Part shown: positions 1-9,095 of the stretch, one piece after another
How positions within the stretch are numbered: position 1 is the first letter of the stretch
Layout: each line of letters opens with the position of its first letter
From: Aquificaceae bacterium
Lineage (GTDB): Bacteria > Aquificota > Aquificia > Aquificales > Aquificaceae
DNA: 64,000 bases
Reading direction: 5' to 3'
NCBI GenBank assembly: GCA_039630345.1
Contig: JBCNVD010000039.1
Coordinates: 1 to 64,000 of the forward strand
The notes under the pieces: model-generated
Databases searched by the model: none
What the model was told of the DNA's origin: nothing
The model's input: only the letters and a program-made list of their open reading frames with translations
Made by a program: the position numbers and the translations under genes

Positions 1-1
1 T

Positions 2-496
2 AGGATAGTCTCCCCAGGGAGGGTAGAGATTATGCTAGGCTCTGCGAAGGATTTTGGGAAGAGAGAGCTCTCTCTTGACGGCAAGACCATCCAGGGAAGG
101 TTTATCAATACCGGCGTTGAGCATTTTGTGGTCTTTGTTGAAGACATTGAAAGTGTTGAGGTTAACAAAATAGGTAGGCAAATTAGGTTCCACGAGAGTT
201 TTATGCCCGCCGGAACCAATGTTAACTTTGTTAGCATAAAAGACGGAGAGATTTTCATAAGAACCTATGAAAGGGGGGTCGAGGCAGAGACGCTCTCTTG
301 CGGAACTGGCGCCTGTGCCTGCGCTATAGCTACATATCTTGAGAAGCTAACAGACTCAAAGAGCTTAAATATCTTCACATTTGGGGGCGACAGGCTAAGT
401 GTTAGATTTGACGAGTCTCTTGAGAGGGTTTTTTTAGAGGGTCCTGTTTGCAAGGTCTATGATGCAACACTGGACGAGGGGTATTTCTCGGGGTGA
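2..496 (+). CDS. dapF: Diaminopimelate epimerase, C-terminal part (5' end outside window)
   Basis: Motifs NTGVEH, GTNVNF and RTYERGVEAETLSCGTGAC; the frame is open back to position 2. Confidence 0.95.
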   Translation, partial: RIVSPGRVEIMLGSAKDFGKRELSLDGKTIQGRFINTGVEHFVVFVEDIESVEVNKIGRQIRFHESFMPAGTNVNFVSIKDGEIFIRTYERGVEAETLSCGTGACACAIATYLEKLTDSKSLNIFTFGGDRLSVRFDESLERVFLEGPVCKVYDATLDEGYFSG

Positions 497-560
497 GGGG
501 ACGTCAACCCCTGCCCTTCGGCTACCGAAGCCGACGCTCTACCACCTGAGCCACACCCCG
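488..560 (-). tRNA. tRNA-Pro(CGG)-like gene with non-canonical T-loop and U37; no encoded CCA
   Basis: Reverse complement folds as CGGGGTG TG GCTC AGGTGGTA GAGC G TCGGC TTCGGTA GCCGA AGGGC AGGGG TTGACGT CCCCT CACCCCG A; all four stems pair perfectly; C1-G72 and A73 are Pro identity elements. Confidence 0.85.
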
Positions 561-562
561 TT

Positions 563-1819
563 TTAGATAAATCTTAAAACCTCATCGCGCCACTTCGTGG
601 CGCGCACTTTTAACTCTTCTTCGTCTATGGTTGTTAGCTCTCCTTTATAGAGGATGGGCTTTCCCTTGCAAAGGACTGTGGTTATATCCGAGCGATTTGC
701 GCTATAGACTATTTGAGCCTGAGGGTCTATGGGCTTTAGGTCTGTTTTAATAAGCACCAGATCCGCTTCCGCTTCTTCTTCAAGAGTGCCTGCGTTGATT
801 GATAGAGCCTTAAAGCCTGCGTGGGCTATTGAGAGCGCAAGGTCTGCTGTCATCTCTTTCGGGTTTTTTAGCTTTTGCAAAAGTGTCATGGTTCTTATCT
901 CGCCAAGCATATCAAGATCATCGTTTGACGCAGGCCCGTCTGTGCCTATGAGGACTTTGATGTTTTCTTTGATGTAATCAACAATAGGGGCAATACCGCT
1001 TGAGAGCTTTAAGTTGCTCTCAGGGCAGTGAACCACATACGAGCCAGAATGGGCAAGCATTTCTCTTTCGTGCTTTTCCAAATACACACAGTGCGCAAGG
1101 AAGGTCTTTCCGGTCAGTAGCCCAAGGCTATGGAGGTATTCCAAAGGTCTTAGACCATTTTTTTCTATAGAGAGCTTGATTTCTTCTATGTTTTCCGCGC
1201 AGTGGGTGTGAATGGGGACATTTTCTAAAGTAGCAAGCTCAAGAGCTGAAAGAAGGGTCTCTTTAGAGCAGGAATAGACGCTATGCGGGCATATGCAAGG
1301 GGTTATGAGTGGCTCGTTTTTGAAAGCTTTTAAAAACTCCTTTGCGCGAGATAGATACTCTTTTGGCGTTTTTGCAACTGCGGTTGGAAAATCAAGGATT
1401 CCAAAGCCGGGAGCTAAACGGATATTTACGCTTTTTGCTAAAGAAGCAAGCTCCTCTTCAAAGAAATACATATCCATAATGAGGGTCGTTCCGCTCTTTA
1501 TTGCCTCTGCAATGCCAAGAAGGGCTCCGTCTTTTACAAACTGTGGAGATACAAGAGCTTTTTCAATAGGCCAGATGGCCTTTTCCAGCCACTGCATAAG
1601 AGGAAGGTCTGCACCAATGCCTTTTAGAAGGCTCATAGGAAGATGCGAATGCATGTTTGCAAATGAGGGCATGATAATCTGTCCTGAGGCGTTTATGGTC
1701 TCTTTTGCACTTTCTTTAATCTCTTCAGAGATTTTGGCTATTTTGCCGTCTTTAATGGCAACATCGACCTTTTTTGAAGTTTTGTAATGTATTGCGGACT
1801 TTATAACAAGGTCATACAT
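563..1819 (-). CDS. mtaD: Amidohydrolase, likely 5-methylthioadenosine/S-adenosylhomocysteine deaminase
   Basis: N-x-HSH metal motif, PHSVY, HTHCAE, HCPESNLKLSSG, GTDGPASN. Confidence 0.8.
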   Translation of the reverse strand: MYDLVIKSAIHYKTSKKVDVAIKDGKIAKISEEIKESAKETINASGQIIMPSFANMHSHLPMSLLKGIGADLPLMQWLEKAIWPIEKALVSPQFVKDGALLGIAEAIKSGTTLIMDMYFFEEELASLAKSVNIRLAPGFGILDFPTAVAKTPKEYLSRAKEFLKAFKNEPLITPCICPHSVYSCSKETLLSALELATLENVPIHTHCAENIEEIKLSIEKNGLRPLEYLHSLGLLTGKTFLAHCVYLEKHEREMLAHSGSYVVHCPESNLKLSSGIAPIVDYIKENIKVLIGTDGPASNDDLDMLGEIRTMTLLQKLKNPKEMTADLALSIAHAGFKALSINAGTLEEEAEADLVLIKTDLKPIDPQAQIVYSANRSDITTVLCKGKPILYKGELTTIDEEELKVRATKWRDEVLRFI

Positions 1820-3107
1820 CTTTTAACCAGTTTTGTAAAGCGCTGAGGGCTCTTTCTGAGAGCTTTATGTTTTTTTCTATTCTATCTCTTGGCGGGTTTT
1901 CAAGAGGAGGTAAAAGTCCCATAACAGGTGCAACTGGCTGAAGAGTGCCTTCTTTTGTGGTAATGTGGCGAATTAAAGAGCCTATCATCGTCTCAGGGGG
2001 TGCAACAGTAGACTCCAGACCTTTAAGCATTCTGGAGACATTTATAGCGCACATAAGCCCGGTTGCAAGGGCGCTTGTGTATCCTTCCGCGCCCGTTATC
2101 TGGCCTGCAAAGAAGATGTTTCTGTCTTTTCTTAGGTTTAAAAATGGGGTTAAAACTCTGTTTGATTGTAAAAATGTGTTTCGGTGCATAGAACCTAGCT
2201 TTACGAAAACCGCGTCTTTCAAGCATGGAATTAGCCTCAGAACTCTTTTCTGCTCGCTGTATGTCATTCTCGTTTGAAATCCGACCAAGGATAGTAAAGT
2301 ACCATGGATGTTTTCACGGCGAAGCTGGACTATTGCATAGGGTCTTTTGTCCGTTTTAGGGTCTTTTAGACCCACTGGTTTCATGGGACCAAAGAGAAGG
2401 GTTTTTGGACCTCTTTTTGCCAGCTCTTCTATTGGCATACAGCCTTCAAAAAATACGGGCTTTTCAAAGTCCTTGAGAGGTACCTGGGAAGAATTTAAGA
2501 GTTCTTTGTAAAAATTTTCGTACTCTTCACGCGTTAGCGTGCAGTTAAAGTAGTCTCCGTTTCCTTTTGAATATCTTGAGCCCCAGAAGCCTTTTGAGTA
2601 GTCAACGGTCGATGCATCCACTATGGGCGATATTGCATCGTAAAAGTATAGGTTTTTATGCTCTACTAGCTTAAGTATGTCTTCCTGAAGGGCCTGTGAG
2701 GTAAGCGGGCCGGTTGCCACTATCACAAAACCCTCTTTGGGTAATGATTTGACTTCTTCTCTCTTTAGCTCTATTAAGGGATTTTCTTCGATTAGTTTTG
2801 TGACCTTTTTGCTAAATAGCTCTCTATCAACTGCAAGAGCGCTTCCTGCGGGGACTGAAAACTCTTTGGCGACTCTTAAGAGCTCGCAAGAGAGGGTCTC
2901 AAGCTCTTTCTTTAAAAGACCTGCGCCGGTTGATAGCTCAATGCTTCCAAAGGTATTACTGCAAACCAGTTCTGCAAGCTCCTTTGTTTTGTGAGCAGGG
3001 GTCATAACATCTGGGCGCATTTCATAGAGCGTTACTTTTATGCCCCTTTTTGCAAGCTGAAGACTTGCTTCTGCACCTGCAAGCCCCCCGCCAATAACTA
3101 CTACCAT
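1812..3107 (-). CDS. trmFO: Folate/FAD-dependent tRNA m5U54 methyltransferase TrmFO (Gid)
   Basis: GGGLAGAEA, AELVCSN, LAVDRE, FFEGCMPIE, FGPMKPVGL, FAGQITGAEGY. Confidence 0.96.
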   Translation of the reverse strand: MVVVIGGGLAGAEASLQLAKRGIKVTLYEMRPDVMTPAHKTKELAELVCSNTFGSIELSTGAGLLKKELETLSCELLRVAKEFSVPAGSALAVDRELFSKKVTKLIEENPLIELKREEVKSLPKEGFVIVATGPLTSQALQEDILKLVEHKNLYFYDAISPIVDASTVDYSKGFWGSRYSKGNGDYFNCTLTREEYENFYKELLNSSQVPLKDFEKPVFFEGCMPIEELAKRGPKTLLFGPMKPVGLKDPKTDKRPYAIVQLRRENIHGTLLSLVGFQTRMTYSEQKRVLRLIPCLKDAVFVKLGSMHRNTFLQSNRVLTPFLNLRKDRNIFFAGQITGAEGYTSALATGLMCAINVSRMLKGLESTVAPPETMIGSLIRHITTKEGTLQPVAPVMGLLPPLENPPRDRIEKNIKLSERALSALQNWLKDV

Positions 3108-3135
3108 CTTTAAGTTAAACTTATACTTTAGTTAA

Positions 3136-3966
3136 GTGTTTCAGGCAAGTATCAGTAAAACGCTTGAGATAGAAGGCACAGGACTTCATACAGGCAGTTA
3201 TTCAAAGCTAATTTTCCATCCAGAAGCTCCCAATACCGGCATATGGTTTTTTCATAGGGGCAAGAAAATAAAAGCCCACTTTATCAATGTCATTGATACA
3301 CAAAGGGCAACCACCCTCGGAAAGGATGGGGTTTTTATAAAAACTGTCGAGCATCTTCTTGCCAGTTTGTATATACTTGGCATTGACAACCTTAGTATAG
3401 AGCTGATAGGTGGCAGTGAGCTCCCTGCGCTTGATGGTAGCGGTTTTTATTACTTTAAACTCTTTAAAAACCACATAGTGAGGTTTAACGAGCCTTCTAA
3501 TGTTGCTTACATTCAAAAGCCAGTTGAGGTAAAACTTGGTAAATCAATTATTGTTGCAAAACCGTGTGAGAGGCAGGTCTTTTCCTATAGTGGGTTTATA
3601 AAGGGGCTTTTTGATTTTAAAGAGGTTAGTTTTAAAGGCTTTGCACCGCAAATAATTTATGCAAGGACTTTTTGCTACTATGAAGAGGTAAGAGAGCTCT
3701 TATCAAAAGGCTTTGGAAAAGGCGCGAGTTTTGATTCTGTTTTAGTTTTAAAAGACGGAAAACCCATCAGAGGTAAAATGAGATATGCTGATGAGCCTCT
3801 GAGGCATAAATTGCTTGACTTAATTGGCGATTTTTCCCTCCTTGGTGCAAGGGCTGGCTTTTGCGTAAGCTCTTTAATGGGCAATCACAAACTTAACATA
3901 GAGCTCTTAAAAAGCCTCAGTCTATCGGCAACTTTTTCAAGGTCTTTTTCTGTATCAACCCCATGA
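3136..3966 (+). CDS. lpxC: UDP-3-O-acyl-N-acetylglucosamine deacetylase
   Basis: GTGLHTG, TVEHLLA, ELPALDGS, ARTF, RHKLLDLIGD. Confidence 0.96.
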   Translation: MFQASISKTLEIEGTGLHTGSYSKLIFHPEAPNTGIWFFHRGKKIKAHFINVIDTQRATTLGKDGVFIKTVEHLLASLYILGIDNLSIELIGGSELPALDGSGFYYFKLFKNHIVRFNEPSNVAYIQKPVEVKLGKSIIVAKPCERQVFSYSGFIKGLFDFKEVSFKGFAPQIIYARTFCYYEEVRELLSKGFGKGASFDSVLVLKDGKPIRGKMRYADEPLRHKLLDLIGDFSLLGARAGFCVSSLMGNHKLNIELLKSLSLSATFSRSFSVSTP

Positions 3967-4604
3967 TAGAAGTTCTGGGTTTTGATTACTTTCACCTTTA
4001 GTCCCATTTCAAAAAATCTTAGCTGTTCGAGTCCTTCTGTTAGCTCAAGTTCGCTCTGGGCAAAAGAGCAAAATTCAAGCAGGACTTCTTTTCTGTAGGC
4101 ATAGATTCCAACATGTTTAAGAGGGTAATTGGGGTTTTTAAATCTTTGAAAAGGAATCATCGAGCGCGAAAAATAGAGGGCTTCGCCTCTTGAGTTTGTA
4201 ACTACTTTGACGCAAGAATCTTCCTGACACTCTTCCTTTCTGGCAAGTGTTGCAACAGGATAGTCATCAAGAGCCTCTATTAGAGCCTTTATATCTTCTC
4301 TGTAGGCAAAAGGCTCGTCACCCTGATGGTTTATTATTTTCTCTACTTTTAAGTTTCTTACCACATAAGCAACCCTATCAGAGCCACTTGGAAGAGAAGA
4401 AGGAGTTATAAAGGTTTTTATATTTAGCTCTTTTACCGCATTTTCTATCTCAGCGTTGTCTGTTGCAAGAATTGACTCAAAGCCGGTTTCTAAACAGGCT
4501 TTGCATACCCACCATATAAGCGGTTTGCCAAGCAAATTAATAAGTGGCTTTCTCTTCAGTCTTTGAGAGCTTATCCTTGCTGGAATGATGATTATTGCCC
4601 TCAC
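3885..4604 (-). CDS. kdsB: 3-deoxy-manno-octulosonate cytidylyltransferase
   Basis: IIPAR, SGSDR, NHQGDEP, ALYFSRS, HVGIYAY, EGLEQLR; GTG at 4604 chosen as start. Confidence 0.95.
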   Translation of the reverse strand: MRAIIIIPARISSQRLKRKPLINLLGKPLIWWVCKACLETGFESILATDNAEIENAVKELNIKTFITPSSLPSGSDRVAYVVRNLKVEKIINHQGDEPFAYREDIKALIEALDDYPVATLARKEECQEDSCVKVVTNSRGEALYFSRSMIPFQRFKNPNYPLKHVGIYAYRKEVLLEFCSFAQSELELTEGLEQLRFFEMGLKVKVIKTQNFYHGVDTEKDLEKVADRLRLFKSSMLSL

Positions 4605-4624
4605 TTGCTTTAGTATATGATTAG

Positions 4625-5038
4625 ATGCCAATTGACGAAAAGCTTATGCAGCTATGTAGCTTTAAACTCAAAGAGCTCTCCGAGAGGTTTTTGATAGCTA
4701 TTAAAGAAAGAATTCAGAGCATAGACGAAGACGACATAGATATGGGCTTTAGCTTCAGTTTCGAGGCTAAAGAGTTGTTAAATTTATGGCAAGAGGTGAT
4801 AGAGCTTGCCAATTACTTTAGCATCCCGCAAACAGAGATTTTAGAGCATCATGACGGCGCTTATTTAAAGGCTACTTTTGTAAATTCCTCCGAAAACTCC
4901 ATTGCAAAAAGGCATGTTTCGATTAGAAGCAACGCAAGAGTGGAAATAAGTCATGAGTTTTTTATTAAATTAAACGATATCAGCATAAGAATCGAGAGAA
5001 AAGAAGACACTTTCCATGCCTTTGTAAGGCGTTTATGA
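4625..5038 (+). CDS. Hypothetical protein
   Basis: 137-aa ORF filling the gap and coupled to lpxB by an ATGA overlap; no recognisable motif. Confidence 0.65.
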   Translation: MPIDEKLMQLCSFKLKELSERFLIAIKERIQSIDEDDIDMGFSFSFEAKELLNLWQEVIELANYFSIPQTEILEHHDGAYLKATFVNSSENSIAKRHVSIRSNARVEISHEFFIKLNDISIRIERKEDTFHAFVRRL

Positions 5039-6120
5039 GAGTTTTTCTCTCAGTAGCTGACCGCTCTGCGAGTTTATATCTTAGGCACATCTTTAAAGAT
5101 ACTGACCTAGAGCTCTTTGGCATAACGGACGAAGGGCTTGAATCCATAGGGGTCAGATCAATAGCAAAAATAGAGGAAATATCCGCAGTTGGGATTTTAG
5201 AAGCTATTTACAAAGCGCCAAGAGCTCTATCTCTTTTTGGGCAGATTCAAAGTCAGATAAGGAGCGATGATGTGTTGCTCCTTTGTGATGCACCCGGGTT
5301 TAACCTAAGGCTTCTTAAAAAAATCCGCGTTAGACCAAAGCGCATCATTTACTTTATCTCGCCACAGGTTTGGGCATGGAAAAGCCACAGGGCTTTTGAG
5401 ATTGCAAGGTCAGTAGACGCCATGGTTTGCATCCTGCCTTTTGAGCCAGAGTTTTACAAAAAGCTAGTTGGCGAAAGCCTAAGAGTCTATTACGAGGGTC
5501 ATCCGCTTTTGGATATAGCAAAACCAAAGGCTTTAGAACAAGAGATGCTCTCTCTGGCAGGGGGAGATTACATTACCATAATGCCCGGAAGTCGCTGGAG
5601 CGAGATAAAGCGCCATACGCCTTTTCTTAAAAAAGTCATAAAATGCCTAAGGACTAATTTAAAGATAGTTATTCCAACGTTCAAGCCTTTTGAAAGCTAT
5701 TTAAAAAAGCACTTCCCAGAAGCCAAAATACTTACTTACCAGGGGGCAAACTACGATGCTCTAAAGCACGCTCGATTTTCCATAATTGCCAGCGGCACAG
5801 CAAGTCTTGAGGCAGGACTTTTAAATGCCCCCCATGTGGTCTTTTACAGAGTTAGCCCCATAACTTACTTAATAGCCAAAAGACTGGTCAAGGTTCCTTT
5901 TGTTTCTTTGGTTAATTTGATTTTAAATAGAGCCTTGATTCCTGAATTTATTCAGGCTTCTTACAAAGAGCTCTGTTTGAAAGCTAGGCAATACCTTGAA
6001 GATTCTGAGAAGCTAGACCTCTTAAAGAAAGAGCTCTCAGACCTCTATGTGGCTCTTGGTCCTCCCGGGGCTATTGAGAGGCTCAGGTCAAGACTCCTCG
6101 AGCTTATCAAGGAGCTCTAA
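5035..6120 (+). CDS. lpxB: Lipid-A-disaccharide synthase
   Basis: DAPGFN, YFISPQVWAW, ILPFE, GHPL, MPGSR, SGTASLE, VSLVNLI. Confidence 0.95.
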   Translation: MRVFLSVADRSASLYLRHIFKDTDLELFGITDEGLESIGVRSIAKIEEISAVGILEAIYKAPRALSLFGQIQSQIRSDDVLLLCDAPGFNLRLLKKIRVRPKRIIYFISPQVWAWKSHRAFEIARSVDAMVCILPFEPEFYKKLVGESLRVYYEGHPLLDIAKPKALEQEMLSLAGGDYITIMPGSRWSEIKRHTPFLKKVIKCLRTNLKIVIPTFKPFESYLKKHFPEAKILTYQGANYDALKHARFSIIASGTASLEAGLLNAPHVVFYRVSPITYLIAKRLVKVPFVSLVNLILNRALIPEFIQASYKELCLKARQYLEDSEKLDLLKKELSDLYVALGPPGAIERLRSRLLELIKEL

Positions 6121-7026
6121 GAAACTTCCGCCAGGGTCAAGTTTAAATTCCATAAAATCCCCGCTTCGCGGGTGAAAAAATCCAAGATAATAACTATGCA
6201 GCATGTTGCAATCGCCTACTATTTCAACAAAGTCTTTTCTAAAACGGCTTTTTTTAAAGCCATAAAGCTCGTCGCCAAACACAGGATGCCCGATTGATGA
6301 TAGGTGAACCCTGATTTGATGTGTGCGACCTGTGTATATTCTAACTTTCAAAAGACTTATGTTATGGTTTTCAAAGCTCTTTAATTTCCAAACTTCGCTT
6401 TTGGCTTGTTTGCCCTCTGAACTTACGCTAAAGCGCTTTCTGTCAACATTGTGCCTTTTTATGGGGGAATCTATTATTTTATGTTCCCAAAGCGGCACTC
6501 CTGAAACCAGTGCAAGGTAAAACTTCTTGACTTCTCTTTCTTTAAACTGTCTTGCAAGAGAGATATGAGATAGGTCGTTTTTTGCAACGACCATGAGTCC
6601 TGAGGTGTTTTTGTCGAGTCTGTGGACTATCCCCGGTCTTTCAAGACCCCCAACCGTTGATAGATTTGAGCGATATAAAAGCGCATTTACCAGGGTCTTT
6701 TCGCCATGTCCGGGTGAGGGATGAACTACCATACCGCAGGGTTTGTTAACGACTATCAGGTCTTTATCCTCGTAAAGTATATCAATGTCTATTTCCTGGG
6801 GCTTTGCAACAAACTCGTGGTTTAATTTGAGCTTTATCGCAACTACATTTTGACCTTCGATGAGCTTTTGAGAGGGCTTTTTAACTGCCTTGCCATCGAC
6901 ATAGACCATTCCGAGCTCAATGAGCTTTTGATAATAGCTCCTTGAAGAGGCTTTATCTACCTTGCTAAGGGCCTGATCGAGCCTTAGACCAGATAGCTCT
7001 CTTGAGACATAAAAACTTAGCTCCAT
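6088..7026 (-). CDS. rluD: RluA/RluD family 23S rRNA pseudouridine synthase
   Basis: N-terminal S4 domain (RLDQAL), NKPCGMVVHP, GIVHRLDKNTSG, TGRTHQIRVH; start at ATG 7026. Confidence 0.9.
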   Translation of the reverse strand: MELSFYVSRELSGLRLDQALSKVDKASSRSYYQKLIELGMVYVDGKAVKKPSQKLIEGQNVVAIKLKLNHEFVAKPQEIDIDILYEDKDLIVVNKPCGMVVHPSPGHGEKTLVNALLYRSNLSTVGGLERPGIVHRLDKNTSGLMVVAKNDLSHISLARQFKEREVKKFYLALVSGVPLWEHKIIDSPIKRHNVDRKRFSVSSEGKQAKSEVWKLKSFENHNISLLKVRIYTGRTHQIRVHLSSIGHPVFGDELYGFKKSRFRKDFVEIVGDCNMLHSYYLGFFHPRSGDFMEFKLDPGGSFLELLDKLEES

Positions 7027-7039
7027 TAGTATTAACTTT

Positions 7040-7417
7040 ATGAGGGTAGGTTTTAGAATCCTGATTTTTAAAGACGGCAAGAGACTTTATAAAGACGACC
7101 TTCAGGGGGATGGGGTTTTTGAAAGAGCTCTTAGATACATAGCGGAGTTTAAGTATCTTGAAGCGACCAAGTGGCTTTTAATATGTGAAGATAGTCTTGA
7201 GAAATATCTTTTGCTGTCTTTGACCAATCTGGCTCTATGTCAGCGAGAGCAGGCGATGGAATTTATGCTTGAAGCAAAAAAATTCAGCAAGCGCTATGAG
7301 ATAAATTTTGCGATTGAAAAACCGCTCTCTCGCGAAATTATTGCTGTTGATAGATTAGAAGTCTCCTTAATTGACTCTCTATTAGCCTGCCAAAGGCAAG
7401 AGGGAGCTCTCCAATAG
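7040..7417 (+). CDS. Hypothetical protein (helical, possibly TPR-like)
   Basis: 125-aa ORF divergent from rluD. Confidence 0.65.
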   Translation: MRVGFRILIFKDGKRLYKDDLQGDGVFERALRYIAEFKYLEATKWLLICEDSLEKYLLLSLTNLALCQREQAMEFMLEAKKFSKRYEINFAIEKPLSREIIAVDRLEVSLIDSLLACQRQEGALQ

Positions 7418-9095
7418 CTTTTAAGTTTGTGCCAGTTTTTTCAAAATAATACTCTACAGAGCTTTTTCCTACCCCAAAGGCGACTATTGGCATAATCGCT
7501 TTAAGACTCTGAATGAGGGATTTAAGCTCTTCTGACTTTGCGCCTCTTGTTGGCTCTCCGTCTGAAAAAACAACCAATAACCCCTTTTGAGAGCTCTTTA
7601 GACAAAACGTTCGCAAGCTCTTATGGGAGTAAGTAATAGCTTTTTCAAGGTTCGTTGCGCCAGAGGGCAATGTCGCGAGTCTCAGGATTTTATCAAGAGC
7701 TCTTTCGTACTGTTCTTCAAACTCTTTTAGAGAAATTACCTCTTCGTTAAATGCATCAAAGGCAAAATCTATTTTAAGACTATTAAGAACTTCACAAAAA
7801 ACCAGGCTCGCCCGAAGGGCGGTTTGTAGTTTATCCTCTCTTTTCATGGAGCTTGATATGTCAAGCAAGAGTCTGAAAGCCATCTTGCCCTGAGTGGGTT
7901 TTTCTCTCCTTTGGTAGATTTTGCCCCTTTTTATGGGTATTTCAGAGCTTAAAGAGCTGTAATTGAGCCTTTTGCCTGTGTAGAATTTTCCGCCAAAGAG
8001 CTCTTCGCTGTCTGGCATTATCGAAAGGAGTCTTTTACGAAGAGAGTCTATATAGAGGGCAGCCGGTCTTTTAATCTCGCTGTATGTTGCTCCTCCGCCC
8101 GTGGCTTTGGCCTTAGTCAGGCTAGATTGCGCTTCCCAGCTTTTTATAATAAATGAGAGAAAGCCCCTGTGCTCTATTTCAGTTTCGAGCATTCTTGGCA
8201 AAAATTCAGAGAAAAACTTTATGTCTTCTTCCAGAATCTCTATCTGGGTCATTTGTTTGAGGTAATCCTTCATCCATTCAGGTGCGGTTTTGACGCTTTT
8301 TAAGACCTTTAGCTTGAGCTCTTCATCAATTTGCCTTTCGCTCTCGAGGTCTTTTTGGAGCTCTATGGGAAGTCTTCTAAGTAAGTCCGTCATAATCCTG
8401 CCAGAGCGAGCTGAGGTTAGTTCCTGTTTTGCCTGCTTTTTTAGCAAAATAACCTGACTAAGCTCTGCACTTTCGTCAAGCTTTTTAAGATAAGGGCTAA
8501 GAAAGTTTTCAAAAATAATCTCAAAAGCCTCGTCGGGGGAGGAATTTAGATACCTCTCAAGCGCGTTTTGCAAATCCTCTCTTAGATAAATGCCCTGGGT
8601 CTTGCTTTGCAAAATAGAGATTGCAAACTCGTGATGCGGGTAGGTCGATTTTATGCCTTTAAGTATTTGCTGTATGTTTTTGATTAATATCTCGTAGCTC
8701 TCAGGATGGGTGTTTGAAAGTTTATGAAGAGCTCTTAGATATTCAAGCACGCTAAAGATGACCACGAAGCTACTTGGGTTATATCCAAATTTAAAAAACT
8801 CTCTCTGACCTTGCCTCCAGAGGTACAGGTCTGTCCCGAGAAGGAGCTCTATCTGATGCCTGCATATTGAAATGGCTCTTTTGTCGTCTTTTCCAAGTTC
8901 TGAGGTATTTATAACAACACCCGCAGGAACTTTTGCAACTTTAGGAATGTCTTTTAACTCCCCCCTTGCCCACATCTCCGTTAGAGAAGCACCAAGCGGG
9001 TCATAGCCCGCGCCCCAGCCCTCGTGGCTTACTTCAACCTCAAGGCCGTATTCTTCTTTTAAAAGCCTTGCTATGACTCTGTAGCGCTCTGTCAC
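7338..9095 (-). CDS. Large vWA-domain protein (CbbO/NorD/CobT-like C-terminal vWA)
   Basis: C-terminal MIDAS motif LLLDISSSM...GATN...VFSDGEP...FGVG, preceded by a GKRLN segment typical of NorD/CobT-like proteins. Confidence 0.85.
   Translation of the reverse strand: MTERYRVIARLLKEEYGLEVEVSHEGWGAGYDPLGASLTEMWARGELKDIPKVAKVPAGVVINTSELGKDDKRAISICRHQIELLLGTDLYLWRQGQREFFKFGYNPSSFVVIFSVLEYLRALHKLSNTHPESYEILIKNIQQILKGIKSTYPHHEFAISILQSKTQGIYLREDLQNALERYLNSSPDEAFEIIFENFLSPYLKKLDESAELSQVILLKKQAKQELTSARSGRIMTDLLRRLPIELQKDLESERQIDEELKLKVLKSVKTAPEWMKDYLKQMTQIEILEEDIKFFSEFLPRMLETEIEHRGFLSFIIKSWEAQSSLTKAKATGGGATYSEIKRPAALYIDSLRKRLLSIMPDSEELFGGKFYTGKRLNYSSLSSEIPIKRGKIYQRREKPTQGKMAFRLLLDISSSMKREDKLQTALRASLVFCEVLNSLKIDFAFDAFNEEVISLKEFEEQYERALDKILRLATLPSGATNLEKAITYSHKSLRTFCLKSSQKGLLVVFSDGEPTRGAKSEELKSLIQSLKAIMPIVAFGVGKSSVEYYFEKTGTNLKAIGELPLAFGRLIESQLRRLLIYQQQ

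Noticed and set aside
502..507. TTGACG in the aberrant tRNA T-loop as a -35 promoter element
   Set aside because: No acceptable -10 hexamer lies 16-18 nt downstream on that strand
523..529. Reading the tRNA anticodon as GGT (Thr)
   Set aside because: The 5-bp stem fixes a 7-nt loop centred on CGG, and the acceptor-stem identity elements are those of Pro
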